A stretch of DNA of 64,000 nucleotides from Magnetococcales bacterium HCHbin5 (lineage in GTDB: Bacteria > Pseudomonadota > Magnetococcia > Magnetococcales > Magnetaquicoccaceae). The stretch is from assembly GCA_002753505.1 (NCBI GenBank), contig PEAG01000004.1, positions 47,785 through 111,784 on the forward strand, read 5' to 3'. Below are positions 1 through 8,660 of this stretch, piece by piece. The notes beneath the pieces are model-generated. The model made no database searches and was not told the origin of the DNA. It saw only the letters and a program-made list of their open reading frames with translations. The number at the start of each line of letters is the position of its first letter. Within the stretch, counting starts at the first letter, position 1. Position numbers and translations under genes: made by a program.

Positions 1-24
1 CGGGAAAAACTGCTCCAGTATCCC

Positions 25-1170
25 ATGCTCTCCAACGAGGATGCCAGGCAACGGACAGCCTTGGAGCTGACCATGCATGCGGTGGGAAAAAAAATAAATC
101 TTCTGGCTGAGCAACTGGCTTTGGATTCAAGGGATAACGTTTTAAAAATGCTGGATGGTTTTCAGATCACGATCGTTCTGGCCGTCCTGTTGCTGCTGCT
201 GTTGCTGATCGGATGGGGCTTTTATTGTTTTCGCTCCATTGTGGTGCCCTTTGGGCGGATACGCGAGGGTTTGGCCCAGGTTGCCGCAGGGCAACAGGAA
301 ACAATGGAGCCGTTTGCTGCCGCACAGGAATTTGTCGACTTGACCGGCGGGATCAACCTGGCCATGCAGAAGCTGCTGCGTGGCAGGGAGGAGCGTGTGC
401 GTTTGGCTCAACACGCTTTTACGGATGCTGTTTTGTTGCGTCTGGTTAAAACCCTCGGTCAACCCATGGCCAACATTTCCACCGCTTGTCAAATCCTGAT
501 GGAGGAAGAGAGGCATGCCTCCGTGGCGTTTCAACAGGAAATGTTGTTGCAAATCAGCCAGCAGGCAGAGCAAGGCAGGCGCATTTTGGTGGCCATCCAG
601 GAGTATGCCGTTCCACAACAGGAGCCGGCCGAGTCCATCGATCTGGTTCCTTTGCTGGATAACATAATGACATCACTGCAAAAGCAACGGGGGGTTCACA
701 CAGAGAGCAGGGTGGCCATGGAGGGGGATTTGACCATTATGGGCAACCGCCACAGCCTGGAACGGGCCCTTGCCGATTGGATTATGCTGTCCACGCCATC
801 AGCCACCCAAACGGGTTTTATCACTGCTTGTCGTTGTTCCAGGCAGGCCATGGGAGCGGCACTGGCCACCTCCTGCCTGCGCCCTCTTGTTTGGCTGCCA
901 TCGGATTGTCAGGAGGTGGTGGAAATTTCCCTGCAGATGGTGGGCGATGGCTTTGTTGAATCGGCCTCCCGCGCTCACGATGTTTCGCTGTTGTGTGTGC
1001 CCCAGGAGGATGGCGACCCCGGCATCTATCTGTTGCCAGGCGTCATGCGCCAACATGGGGGGGCCATGCTGGTGCAACAACTGGATGCCAGCACATTGCG
1101 GTTTGCCCTCTGGTTTCCTGTGATCCAGTGCCAGGAGGAGAGACTCCGGCAAGCCGTGGGAGTTTATTAA
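25..1170 (+). CDS. HAMP-domain sensor histidine-kinase-like protein, probably 5' truncated by the window edge; catalytic domain looks degenerate
   Basis: 381-aa ORF. The frame is open back to nt 1, so the true start may lie upstream. A poly-Leu TM segment (VLAVLLLLLLLIGWGFYCF) is followed by a HAMP-like linker and a DHp-like helix (LAQHAFTDAV). I could not find clear N/G1/G2 ATP-lid boxes. The stop lies 4 nt before the response-regulator gene. Confidence 0.5.
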   Translation: MLSNEDARQRTALELTMHAVGKKINLLAEQLALDSRDNVLKMLDGFQITIVLAVLLLLLLLIGWGFYCFRSIVVPFGRIREGLAQVAAGQQETMEPFAAAQEFVDLTGGINLAMQKLLRGREERVRLAQHAFTDAVLLRLVKTLGQPMANISTACQILMEEERHASVAFQQEMLLQISQQAEQGRRILVAIQEYAVPQQEPAESIDLVPLLDNIMTSLQKQRGVHTESRVAMEGDLTIMGNRHSLERALADWIMLSTPSATQTGFITACRCSRQAMGAALATSCLRPLVWLPSDCQEVVEISLQMVGDGFVESASRAHDVSLLCVPQEDGDPGIYLLPGVMRQHGGAMLVQQLDASTLRFALWFPVIQCQEERLRQAVGVY

Positions 1171-1174
1171 TCCC

Positions 1175-2581
1175 ATGTCCGATCCAGTACGCATTTTGGT
1201 GGCGGATCGGGACAAAGTGGCCCTGCAGAATCTTGAACATGTGTTGCTCAAGGGGGGCTGTCATGTAACCAAAGCCGCTGGTGGAGCGGCCGCCTTGAAA
1301 CATCTGGATGATCAAGCCGGTGATCCCGCTCTGTTCGATGTCATTCTGGCCGACATGGGGCTGGATCCCATGGATGAGAGCCATTTTTTGCACCAATGTT
1401 TGCGTCTGCAACCCACTGCCGAGTTGATTTTTATCTCTGACAAGGTTTCCGTCACCTCAGTGGTCGATGCCATTCGACAGGGTGCGTTTCAATACCTGAT
1501 CAAACCGGTGCGTCCGAATGAGTTGAGACAAGCGGTTACACTGGCTGCCGAAAACAGTCGGCACAAGCAGATGCAACAGGGTATGCGCCAGAGCCTGAGT
1601 GCCCAACAGGGTTCATCTCCTCTGATCACCTGTAATCCGGGTATGCTGCGTCTGCTGGAACAGGCCAGACGTGTTGCCGAGATGGATCTGCCCATCCTGA
1701 TTACCGGTGAGACGGGGACCGGCAAGGAGATCCTGGCCCGTATACTGCACGATCACAGCAACCGGTCGCAGCAACCCTTTGTGGCTGTCAATTGTGGGGC
1801 GTTCAATGAAGAGTTGTTGGCCAATGAGCTCTTTGGCCATGGGCGCGAAGCCTTCACCGGGGCCATGCAGGGTCGCAAGGGGTTGGTGGAAACCGCCCAT
1901 GGGGGCACACTGTTCCTGGACGAAATCACCGAAATGTCCCTCTCCATGCAGGTCAAGCTGTTGCGGGTCATTCAGGAAAAAGAGCTGCGTCGGCTGGGTG
2001 TGACCAGCACCGTGACGGTGGATGTGCGATTTTTGGCCGCTACCAACCGGCCAATCCAGCAGGAGGTGGAGGAGGGCCGTTTTCGGCGCGATTTATACTA
2101 CCGGTTGAATGTCATCGATTTTTTGCTGCCGCCCCTCTCTGAACGCCACGGTGACATTCCCCTCCTGGTGCAACACTTTTTGGAAAAACATGCCAAACTG
2201 ACCAACAGGGCAGTGAGCGGCATCAGCAAGTCGGCCATGGATGTGCTGACTCAACATACCTATCCCGGTAATGTGCGCGAGTTGGAAAATATTGTACAAC
2301 GGGCCGTGGCTTTTGCCTCCGGCTCTCAAGTGATGGAGGCGGATCTGCCCGACTATCTGGTCAAGCGTTCACCACACTTTGTCAGCGATGGCGACAATCG
2401 CCTGCTTACCCTGGAAGAGATGGAGCGGCAGTATATCCTCTGGGTCTGCAAGCAGGCAGGAAACAATCAAACCACGGCCGCCAAGATTCTTGGCTTGGAC
2501 CGTGTTTCTCTCTGGAGGCGATTAAAAAAAATTCAGTCCACCGCTGTGGAAGCGGCTGAATCCACCGAAAAAGCCTCCTGA
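1175..2581 (+). CDS. sigma54-dependent (NtrC-family) response regulator
   Basis: N-terminal receiver domain (ILVADRD...VILADMGLDP). AAA+ core with Walker A GETGTGKE and a GAFTGA-like loop (EAFTGA). C-terminal Fis-type HTH (NNQTTAAKILGLDRVSLWRRLKK). Confidence 0.9.
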   Translation: MSDPVRILVADRDKVALQNLEHVLLKGGCHVTKAAGGAAALKHLDDQAGDPALFDVILADMGLDPMDESHFLHQCLRLQPTAELIFISDKVSVTSVVDAIRQGAFQYLIKPVRPNELRQAVTLAAENSRHKQMQQGMRQSLSAQQGSSPLITCNPGMLRLLEQARRVAEMDLPILITGETGTGKEILARILHDHSNRSQQPFVAVNCGAFNEELLANELFGHGREAFTGAMQGRKGLVETAHGGTLFLDEITEMSLSMQVKLLRVIQEKELRRLGVTSTVTVDVRFLAATNRPIQQEVEEGRFRRDLYYRLNVIDFLLPPLSERHGDIPLLVQHFLEKHAKLTNRAVSGISKSAMDVLTQHTYPGNVRELENIVQRAVAFASGSQVMEADLPDYLVKRSPHFVSDGDNRLLTLEEMERQYILWVCKQAGNNQTTAAKILGLDRVSLWRRLKKIQSTAVEAAESTEKAS

Positions 2582-2638
2582 CCAATCTTGAGTCAGCATG
2601 ATCCAGGGATAACCAACCAGAGTATACGGAGGTGTATC

Positions 2639-2884
2639 ATGGAGTCTTCACGTGGGTTTGGGCACCTGTTCCCAGACCATGCCGAACAAAAACTGTGGAT
2701 AGCCGTGCTGGAAGCGGCCTTGCACGATGCCTTGTCAAACAAGGATCCCTCCAAACGACAAGAGGCCAGAGAGTGGTTCCGCGATGGGGGGCAAAATTTT
2801 GAACTGGTCTGTGACCTGGCCGATTTTGATGCCGGCTTTGTCCGCCGGAAAATATTGTCTGTTTTTGACCAGCAAGAGGGGTGA
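2639..2884 (+). CDS. small hypothetical protein (81 aa)
   Basis: The ATG at 2639 is preceded by GGAGG at about 6 nt. The longer ORF from the TTG at 2588 has no SD. I recognise no family. Confidence 0.4.
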   Translation: MESSRGFGHLFPDHAEQKLWIAVLEAALHDALSNKDPSKRQEAREWFRDGGQNFELVCDLADFDAGFVRRKILSVFDQQEG

Positions 2885-3025
2885 TGGGAGGGCTTGATTT
2901 TTACATCTTGTTTAAGTTATTTTCCAAACGACTCACTTTGGTTGCTTCCCAGCAACACCCAACGCCATGCGAACGGAGTGTATGGTGCATTCTAACCCAA
3001 GATTCAGTCGTCCAGGAGATTTGCT

Positions 3026-4486
3026 TTGAAAAAAATATGCGTTGCCGTTGTTGCGTTGCTGGCATGCGGGTTGGGGTGGCCCGATGCTCTCCTGGCCTCA
3101 GGTGGGGGGGAGGCTGCGAAACACCTGGACCTGACCAACCATACGGTGGGTTATCTCTCTCTCCTGCTGTTTTCGGTGGCCTATCTGTTTGTGATGGCGG
3201 AGGAGTTTACCCATCTGCGCAAATCCAAGCCGGTATTGCTGGCGGCTGGCATCATCTGGGCCCTGATCGCCTATGTCTATCTCCAGCATGGGCTGAAATA
3301 TGAGGCAGAGGTTGCGGTACGCCACAATATTCTGGAGTATGCAGAGCTGTTTCTGTTCCTGCTGGTGGCCATGACCTACATTAACGCCATGGAGGAGCGA
3401 CGGGTCTTTGAATCCTTGCGCTCCTGGCTGGTGCGCTCCGGTTTTGGGTATCGTACCCTGTTCTGGTTGACGGGCCTGTTGGCCTTTTTTATCTCGCCGG
3501 TGGCCGACAATCTGACCACCGCGCTGCTCATGTGTGCGGTCATTCTGGCCGTCGGGCGGGACAATCCAACCTTTGTCTCCCTCTCCTGCATCAATGTGGT
3601 CGTCGGAGCCAATGCCGGTGGGGCCTTCAGCCCGTTTGGTGACATCACCACCCTGATGGTTTGGCAAAAAGGGATTGTTCCCTTCGGCACCTTTTTTGCC
3701 CTGTTCGTCCCCTCGCTGATCAACTGGCTGGTGCCCGCTGCCATCATGCACTTTGCCGTTCCCAACCTGAAACCGACACCCAGCCGTGAGGTGGTGGATA
3801 TTCTGCGGGGCGGCAAGCGCACCATCTTTTTGTTCCTGATGACCATTGTCACCGCAGTCAGCTTTCACAACTTTTTGCACATGCCTCCCATGATGGGCAT
3901 GATGCTGGGACTCTCGTATCTCATGTTTCTCGGCTTTTATCTCAAGAAAACATTTGGAAAAACAGAGGGAAAAACCGGCCACCGGCTGCGAAAATACCGG
4001 TGTGAGCAAGATGTGGGCCAGGTCGGTTTTGACCTTTTTACAAAGCTGGCAAGGGCGGAATGGGATACGCTGATGTTTTTCTACGGCGTGGTCCTGGCGG
4101 TCGGCGGGTTGGGTTTTCTCGGTTATCTGACCCTGGTCTCCACGGCCATGTATGGCGGTTGGGGTGCTACAACAGCCAATGTGGTCGTCGGGCTGCTCTC
4201 CGCCATTGTCGATAATATCCCGGTCATGTTTGCCGTGTTGACCATGAACCCGGATATGTCCATGGGGCAGTGGTTGCTGGTTACCCTGACGGCAGGGGTG
4301 GGGGGCAGTCTGCTCTCCATCGGCTCTGCAGCCGGGGTGGCCCTGATGGGGCAGGCCCGGGGCATCTACACCTTTTTCTCCCACTTGAAATGGACGCCTG
4401 CGGTCGCGTTGGGTTATGCCGCCAGCATTTGGGTCCATTTCCTGATGAACGATTCTCTCTTCCAAATACCACCCAGCGTACGTTAG
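3026..4486 (+). CDS. nhaD: Na+/H+ antiporter, NhaD family
   Basis: 486-aa polytopic membrane protein. Signal-like N-terminus, then the typical NhaD opening (HLDLTNHTVGYLSLLLFSVAYLFVMAEEFTHLRKSKPVLLAAGIIW) and 10 or more hydrophobic spans. TTG start. Confidence 0.75.
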   Translation: MKKICVAVVALLACGLGWPDALLASGGGEAAKHLDLTNHTVGYLSLLLFSVAYLFVMAEEFTHLRKSKPVLLAAGIIWALIAYVYLQHGLKYEAEVAVRHNILEYAELFLFLLVAMTYINAMEERRVFESLRSWLVRSGFGYRTLFWLTGLLAFFISPVADNLTTALLMCAVILAVGRDNPTFVSLSCINVVVGANAGGAFSPFGDITTLMVWQKGIVPFGTFFALFVPSLINWLVPAAIMHFAVPNLKPTPSREVVDILRGGKRTIFLFLMTIVTAVSFHNFLHMPPMMGMMLGLSYLMFLGFYLKKTFGKTEGKTGHRLRKYRCEQDVGQVGFDLFTKLARAEWDTLMFFYGVVLAVGGLGFLGYLTLVSTAMYGGWGATTANVVVGLLSAIVDNIPVMFAVLTMNPDMSMGQWLLVTLTAGVGGSLLSIGSAAGVALMGQARGIYTFFSHLKWTPAVALGYAASIWVHFLMNDSLFQIPPSVR

Positions 4487-4550
4487 TATCTCCGCTCAAG
4501 GGGTTCCATAGGCGTCAGCGTGCGCTGTCGTCTCCGCTTTTTCCAAACCA

Positions 4551-4590
4551 TGGCAGCTGCCTGGAGACCGTCACGGTCCGGGTGGCTGCC
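4551..4590. repeat. degenerate copy of the dispersed GGGGACCGTCACGGTCCCC palindromic element
   Basis: tggcagctgcctGGAGACCGTCACGGTCCgggtggctgcc aligns over about 30 nt with the 55-nt unit repeated at 45153, 45261, 45369 and 45757(rc). It is intergenic, 52 nt upstream of the HEPN gene start. Confidence 0.6.
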
Positions 4591-4641
4591 GTCGTTTGGT
4601 GTCCAGGGAAAACAATCCATTGTTGTGGGGGGCTTTGGGTC

Positions 4642-5067
4642 ATGCAGGAGGTGCGCTGGCAGCAGAGATTCAGCAACTATCACAAGGCATTACAAACCCT
4701 GGTGGAGGCAGTGGAGTTGGCGCAGCAGCGTGCGTTGTCCGGGCTGGAGCAACAGGGGCTGATTCAAAGTTTTGAGTTTACCCATGAGCTGGCATGGAAC
4801 GTCTTGAAAGATTATTTGGAATATAAGGGTTTGAGCAATTTGATCGGCTCGAGGGATGCGACCCGCGCAGCGTTCAAAGCGGGTTTGATTGAGCAGGGCG
4901 AGGTGTGGATGGAGATGATCAGGGCGCGCAATCAAACCTCACACACCTACAACCTCGATATTGCCCAAGCCGTTGTCGAGGCGATCCTGGAGCGGTTTTA
5001 TCCGGCCTTTGTCGGCATGGCGGAAACATTCACAGCCATCAGTCAGAGGGAAGAGATTGACCTATGA
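4642..5067 (+). CDS. HI0074-family nucleotidyltransferase substrate-binding protein (HEPN toxin-like)
   Basis: 141 aa. Opening MQEVRWQQRFSNYHKAL and the RARNQTSHTY (Rx4-6H) motif are typical of HI0074/HEPN. Its stop overlaps the next start (ATGA). Confidence 0.8.
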   Translation: MQEVRWQQRFSNYHKALQTLVEAVELAQQRALSGLEQQGLIQSFEFTHELAWNVLKDYLEYKGLSNLIGSRDATRAAFKAGLIEQGEVWMEMIRARNQTSHTYNLDIAQAVVEAILERFYPAFVGMAETFTAISQREEIDL

Positions 5068-5381
5068 GGTACGGGCTGGCAGATGAAACCATCGAGAAAA
5101 TTTGCAGCGTCTTTGAGTGTTATCAGGAGATTGACAAGGCGGTTCTGTATGGATCCCGTGCCAGGGGAAATTTTAAACCGGGATCGGACATCGACTTGAC
5201 ACTCTACGGCGAAAATCTCACCTTTGACTTGTGCGCGACGGTTGCAGAGGCCATGGATGATCTGCTGCTTCCGTATACCGTCGATCTCTCTGTTTTCGAT
5301 ACGCTGGAACAGACAAAATTGCGGGAGCATATCGAACGGGTGGGGGTGAAAATTTATGAACGATCGAATCCAAGCGTTTGA
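5064..5381 (+). CDS. minimal nucleotidyltransferase (MNT, HI0073-like antitoxin)
   Basis: 105 aa with the pol-beta NTase signature LYGSRARGNFKPGSDIDL. 4-nt overlap with the HEPN gene. Confidence 0.85.
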   Translation: MRYGLADETIEKICSVFECYQEIDKAVLYGSRARGNFKPGSDIDLTLYGENLTFDLCATVAEAMDDLLLPYTVDLSVFDTLEQTKLREHIERVGVKIYERSNPSV

Positions 5382-5479
5382 TAAACGGCGGTGGTCCGAT
5401 AAATAAAGATCTCCTGCTGCTCCTTGCGTTAACCATGGCAAACACGGGAAAAAATCAATAGACTGTTCCTCTTGATAAC

Positions 5480-6622
5480 TTGCTGCAGAGGTGGACAATA
5501 TTGGTCGGGCGTTTGCGTAGTATCATTCCAACGGTTGATCAAACCAGCATTCTGGACCATTGCCATGGGCAGGGTACCCTTTCGGGCGGCTTTGCCTTCA
5601 TGACCATCATGTCGTTGGGGTTGGCCACCCTGGGATTGCTGCTCAACTCTCCCTCCGTCATCATCGGTGCCATGCTGGTTTCTCCCCTCATGGGGCCCAT
5701 CATAGCGGTGGGATTCGCCTTTCCCGCTCTCAACCTGCCACTGCTGTTGAAAGGTGGTACGACGCTGCTGATCGGGGTTCTGATCTCGGTGCTGACGGCG
5801 ACCGCATTGGTATCGCTCTCTCCCATTGATGATTTGACCTCCGAAATTCTGGCCAGGACGCGCCCCAACCTGTTTGATCTGCTGGTGGCTCTGTTTTCCG
5901 GCTTGGTGGGGGGGTATGCCATCATCAACGCCAATATGACGGCCATCGTCGGTGTGGCGATTGCCACCGCGCTCATGCCGCCCTTGGCGACGGTGGGGTT
6001 TGGCATTGCCACGCATCAGACCTGGGTGGCCCATGGGGCGGCCATGCTTTTTGTCACCAATATATCAGCCATCACCTTGGGGGTCTCCCTGGTGGCCATC
6101 TGGTATGGTTTCGGGCGGGCCATGTCCGGTCGTGGTTTGTTGTGGCAGGGTATGATTACGGTCTTGATCGGCATGTCTTTGTTGACCCCATTGCTGAACT
6201 CCCTGCGGGGTATTGCGGAGGAGATGGCGGTCAAGCGCACCGTGCGCACGGTGCTGGAGGCCCAGGTGGAGAAAGATCTCTCCAACATGATGGGGGAGTA
6301 CCGGGTCAACCTGTTGGCAGATGGTTCTGTGCAGGTGATGGGTATCGCCTATGTGGACAAGCCGGGCAATGAGTTGGAGACCCTGGTGGCCCAGAATCTG
6401 GAGGTCTCGCTGGGGCGCAAGGTCAAGGTGTTGCTCAAGCAGATTCCCGTGCATGACCTGGAGACCCTGAAGGAGAAGCAGAGTCCGCCGCCGGCCATCC
6501 GGCTCCCCTCGGCGGTTGCCAATCCGATTCAATCGGTCACAAAACCGGTGGAAATGATACCCATGCTGGATCCGCTGGAGCCTGCCGTACCTGCATCAGG
6601 AGGGGAGAGTCTGCCCGATTGA
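5480..6622 (+). CDS. DUF389-family membrane protein
   Basis: Motif LLLNSPSVIIGAMLVSPLMGPI plus a repeated hydrophobic core and a soluble C-terminal half. The start is uncertain (TTG at 5480 or ATG at 5600). Confidence 0.6.
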   Translation: MLQRWTILVGRLRSIIPTVDQTSILDHCHGQGTLSGGFAFMTIMSLGLATLGLLLNSPSVIIGAMLVSPLMGPIIAVGFAFPALNLPLLLKGGTTLLIGVLISVLTATALVSLSPIDDLTSEILARTRPNLFDLLVALFSGLVGGYAIINANMTAIVGVAIATALMPPLATVGFGIATHQTWVAHGAAMLFVTNISAITLGVSLVAIWYGFGRAMSGRGLLWQGMITVLIGMSLLTPLLNSLRGIAEEMAVKRTVRTVLEAQVEKDLSNMMGEYRVNLLADGSVQVMGIAYVDKPGNELETLVAQNLEVSLGRKVKVLLKQIPVHDLETLKEKQSPPPAIRLPSAVANPIQSVTKPVEMIPMLDPLEPAVPASGGESLPD

Positions 6623-6672
6623 GCGGGGGGAGCCTGGACGACTCTCCGGGAACCCGGGCAACGAGCGGGTAC

Positions 6673-7164
6673 TCAGGGGGATCTGTTGCCCCCGTGCCGT
6701 CCCATGCCAAGCCCCATGCCTCCGCCTGGTCGATGAAAATGGCCATCGCCCACCAGATTGCTTCGTTCGTTTGCGGGCAGCAAGGCAGCGATTTCAGCCA
6801 ATACCCCATGCCACTGCTCCTGGGCGAGCACAGCCGCATGGCGCAGATCGCTCAGGGCCTTTTCCAAACGTGATCGATCCCATGGCTGGGCCTGCAGGGA
6901 CTCTCTGACCTGTTGCTGGGCTGCACGCAACGTATGCATGGCTTGTTGAACCTCGGCATGGTGTTGCTGCCAGATGGTGGCCAATTCGGGTTTTTGCATC
7001 AGATCATGCCGGGAAAGCCCCAGCAGAAGGGGATTGCCCGGCATGGGACTGCCGGCAGGCGGGTCGGATGACAACAGTCGCGAGGCCACCATACCGCCCA
7101 AAAACAGATTGACGGCCAACGAAAGCAACAACAGAGGCCATAATAGACGTTTGTCCTGGATCAT
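6673..7164 (-). CDS. periplasmic Spy/CpxP-like (heavy-metal-sensor family) protein
   Basis: Signal/anchor LLWPLLLLSLAVNLFLGG, then Q-rich helices and a Gly/His-rich tail (HFHRPGGGMGLGMGRHGG). 4-nt overlap with the upstream anti-sigma-like gene. Confidence 0.45.
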   Translation of the reverse strand: MIQDKRLLWPLLLLSLAVNLFLGGMVASRLLSSDPPAGSPMPGNPLLLGLSRHDLMQKPELATIWQQHHAEVQQAMHTLRAAQQQVRESLQAQPWDRSRLEKALSDLRHAAVLAQEQWHGVLAEIAALLPANERSNLVGDGHFHRPGGGMGLGMGRHGGNRSP

Positions 7165-7490
7165 GGTTGCGCCTCCTCAAAATGGCCATAGACCAGCATC
7201 ATGGTCTCTTGCCAGTCGACAGGGGAAGGAGTGACGTGCTGCGTTTCCCAGAGCATACCCAATCCCAACCCCAACAATGCAGAACAGGCCAGGATGGCCG
7301 CCGGATGCCACCAGGAGGTGACTGGCCACCGGATGAAAACCTCCCTGGGCTGCGCCGTGTCGACCGGGAGGGAGAGAATCGTGTTGCGCAGATGGGCGGA
7401 AGGCAGGCTGGCCGGCCACTCGGCCAGAAGTTGGTCGAGATGCTGTTCGGAAATGGGGTGGTCGGTTTGTTCGGGCAGATCGGGCTTCAT
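7161..7490 (-). CDS. putative single-pass anti-sigma factor
   Basis: 109 aa with one TM (AAILACSALLGLGLGMLW). It starts 3 nt after the ECF sigma stop. The call rests mainly on position. Confidence 0.4.
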   Translation of the reverse strand: MKPDLPEQTDHPISEQHLDQLLAEWPASLPSAHLRNTILSLPVDTAQPREVFIRWPVTSWWHPAAILACSALLGLGLGMLWETQHVTPSPVDWQETMMLVYGHFEEAQP

Positions 7491-7493
7491 GGT

Positions 7494-8126
7494 TCACTCT
7501 CCAAGCAAAATGTTTCGCCAGGGGGCCAGCAAAACGCGCAACCGTTTTCGACCACGGGCCAGCAAGGCGGCGACCTCCTTTTCCTCGCGTTGCATCACCT
7601 GCGCCGCTTCGCTGACCCGCAGTCCCAACATGTTGACCAGAATGACCGCACTGCGGCAGGGTATGGGAATGGCCGCCAATGCTGTTTCCAACAGTTGCCG
7701 ACGTTCAGCCTGTTCCAGCAGGGCCAGGGGTGAACACTCCTCTGGCAGCAGCAACCGATCTTCCTCCTCTTCCCAACAGATCTCTTCTGGAAGGCGGTGA
7801 CGCTGACGCAGGCGATCAATGGCCAGGTTATGGGCAACCCGATAGAGCCAGGTGGCAATCCGGGCCTGGGCGCGCCAGTGGGGTGCCTGTTGCCAGAGGC
7901 GCAGAAAACTCTCCTGGGTGATCTCCTCGGCCTCCTGCTGGTTCCCCAACAGACGATTTGCCAAAGTCAAGACTCGGGTCAATTCCCGGTCTACCAGTTG
8001 TTTCCAGGCCGCATGCTGTCCGGCAGCCACCCGCTGCATAAGCTGACCATCCGCCTGGATGGGGAGAGGATCGATCTCTTGCTGCACCATGGTTTCGCTC
8101 TGCCTGGGGTCCGGGTTGGTGACCAC
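7494..8126 (-). CDS. ECF-type RNA polymerase sigma-70 factor
   Basis: Region 2 (EAEEITQESFLRLWQQAPHW...WLYRVAHNLAIDRLR) and region 4 (SAVILVNMLGLRVSEAAQVM) are both recognisable. Confidence 0.85.
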   Translation of the reverse strand: MVTNPDPRQSETMVQQEIDPLPIQADGQLMQRVAAGQHAAWKQLVDRELTRVLTLANRLLGNQQEAEEITQESFLRLWQQAPHWRAQARIATWLYRVAHNLAIDRLRQRHRLPEEICWEEEEDRLLLPEECSPLALLEQAERRQLLETALAAIPIPCRSAVILVNMLGLRVSEAAQVMQREEKEVAALLARGRKRLRVLLAPWRNILLGE

Positions 8127-8166
8127 GTTCTAGGATGCTGCTGCCAACCGACATCTCCTGTTGGAA

Positions 8167-8541
8167 CTACCGGGAACAGGGGCCACCCCCTGTCCAACCC
8201 GGACCGTTGCCAGCACAGGGAGCTGTTTGGCAGGGAGTCACGCCACCGCCACGGCGGCCGGGCGGCGTGAAGGCCATGAACTCCTCTTTGGCAATGCGAC
8301 CATCCTGGTTGCCATCCAGTCGGGCCATCATGCGTTCAATGTGGTAGGGGTGGCGATTGCCCCAAGGTGCCTGGGAGAGCTCCGCGCGGTCCAGCACACC
8401 ATCCTGATTGCGATCCATCATGGTAAAATGGGCCGTACGTCGTTCGGTCACTGTCTGCGCATTGCTGATGACCGGCCAGAGCAGCAAGGCGGCACACAGC
8501 ACCAAGCCTGTTTTTTTTCCTGTTGTCAGATATGTTTCCAC
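8167..8541 (-). CDS. secreted EF-hand calcium-binding protein
   Basis: GTG start with AGGAGA 7 nt upstream. Signal peptide (LVLCAALLLWPVISNAQ). Two EF-hand loops (DRNQDGVLDRAE, DGNQDGRIAKEE). Gly/Cys-rich tail. Confidence 0.7.
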   Translation of the reverse strand: METYLTTGKKTGLVLCAALLLWPVISNAQTVTERRTAHFTMMDRNQDGVLDRAELSQAPWGNRHPYHIERMMARLDGNQDGRIAKEEFMAFTPPGRRGGGVTPCQTAPCAGNGPGWTGGGPCSR

Positions 8542-8660
8542 GGTCGTTTCTCCTTGGTTGGAAAGGGATCCATTTCCCCCTCATTCTCTTTAACGTTGCC
8601 GCGCCTTTTTTCTGACCTTGGCTATGCAATTATTTTGCTCTGCTCCGTGTCCTGTGGTTG

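Noticed and set aside
2582-3025. Searched for sigma54 (-24 GG / -12 GC) promoters as targets of the NtrC-type regulator. I looked here, near 39100 upstream of rnfA, and near 25440-25770.
   Set aside because: No TGGCAC-N5-TTGC-like site with correct spacing was found by eye. The target promoter is probably outside the window, or I missed it.
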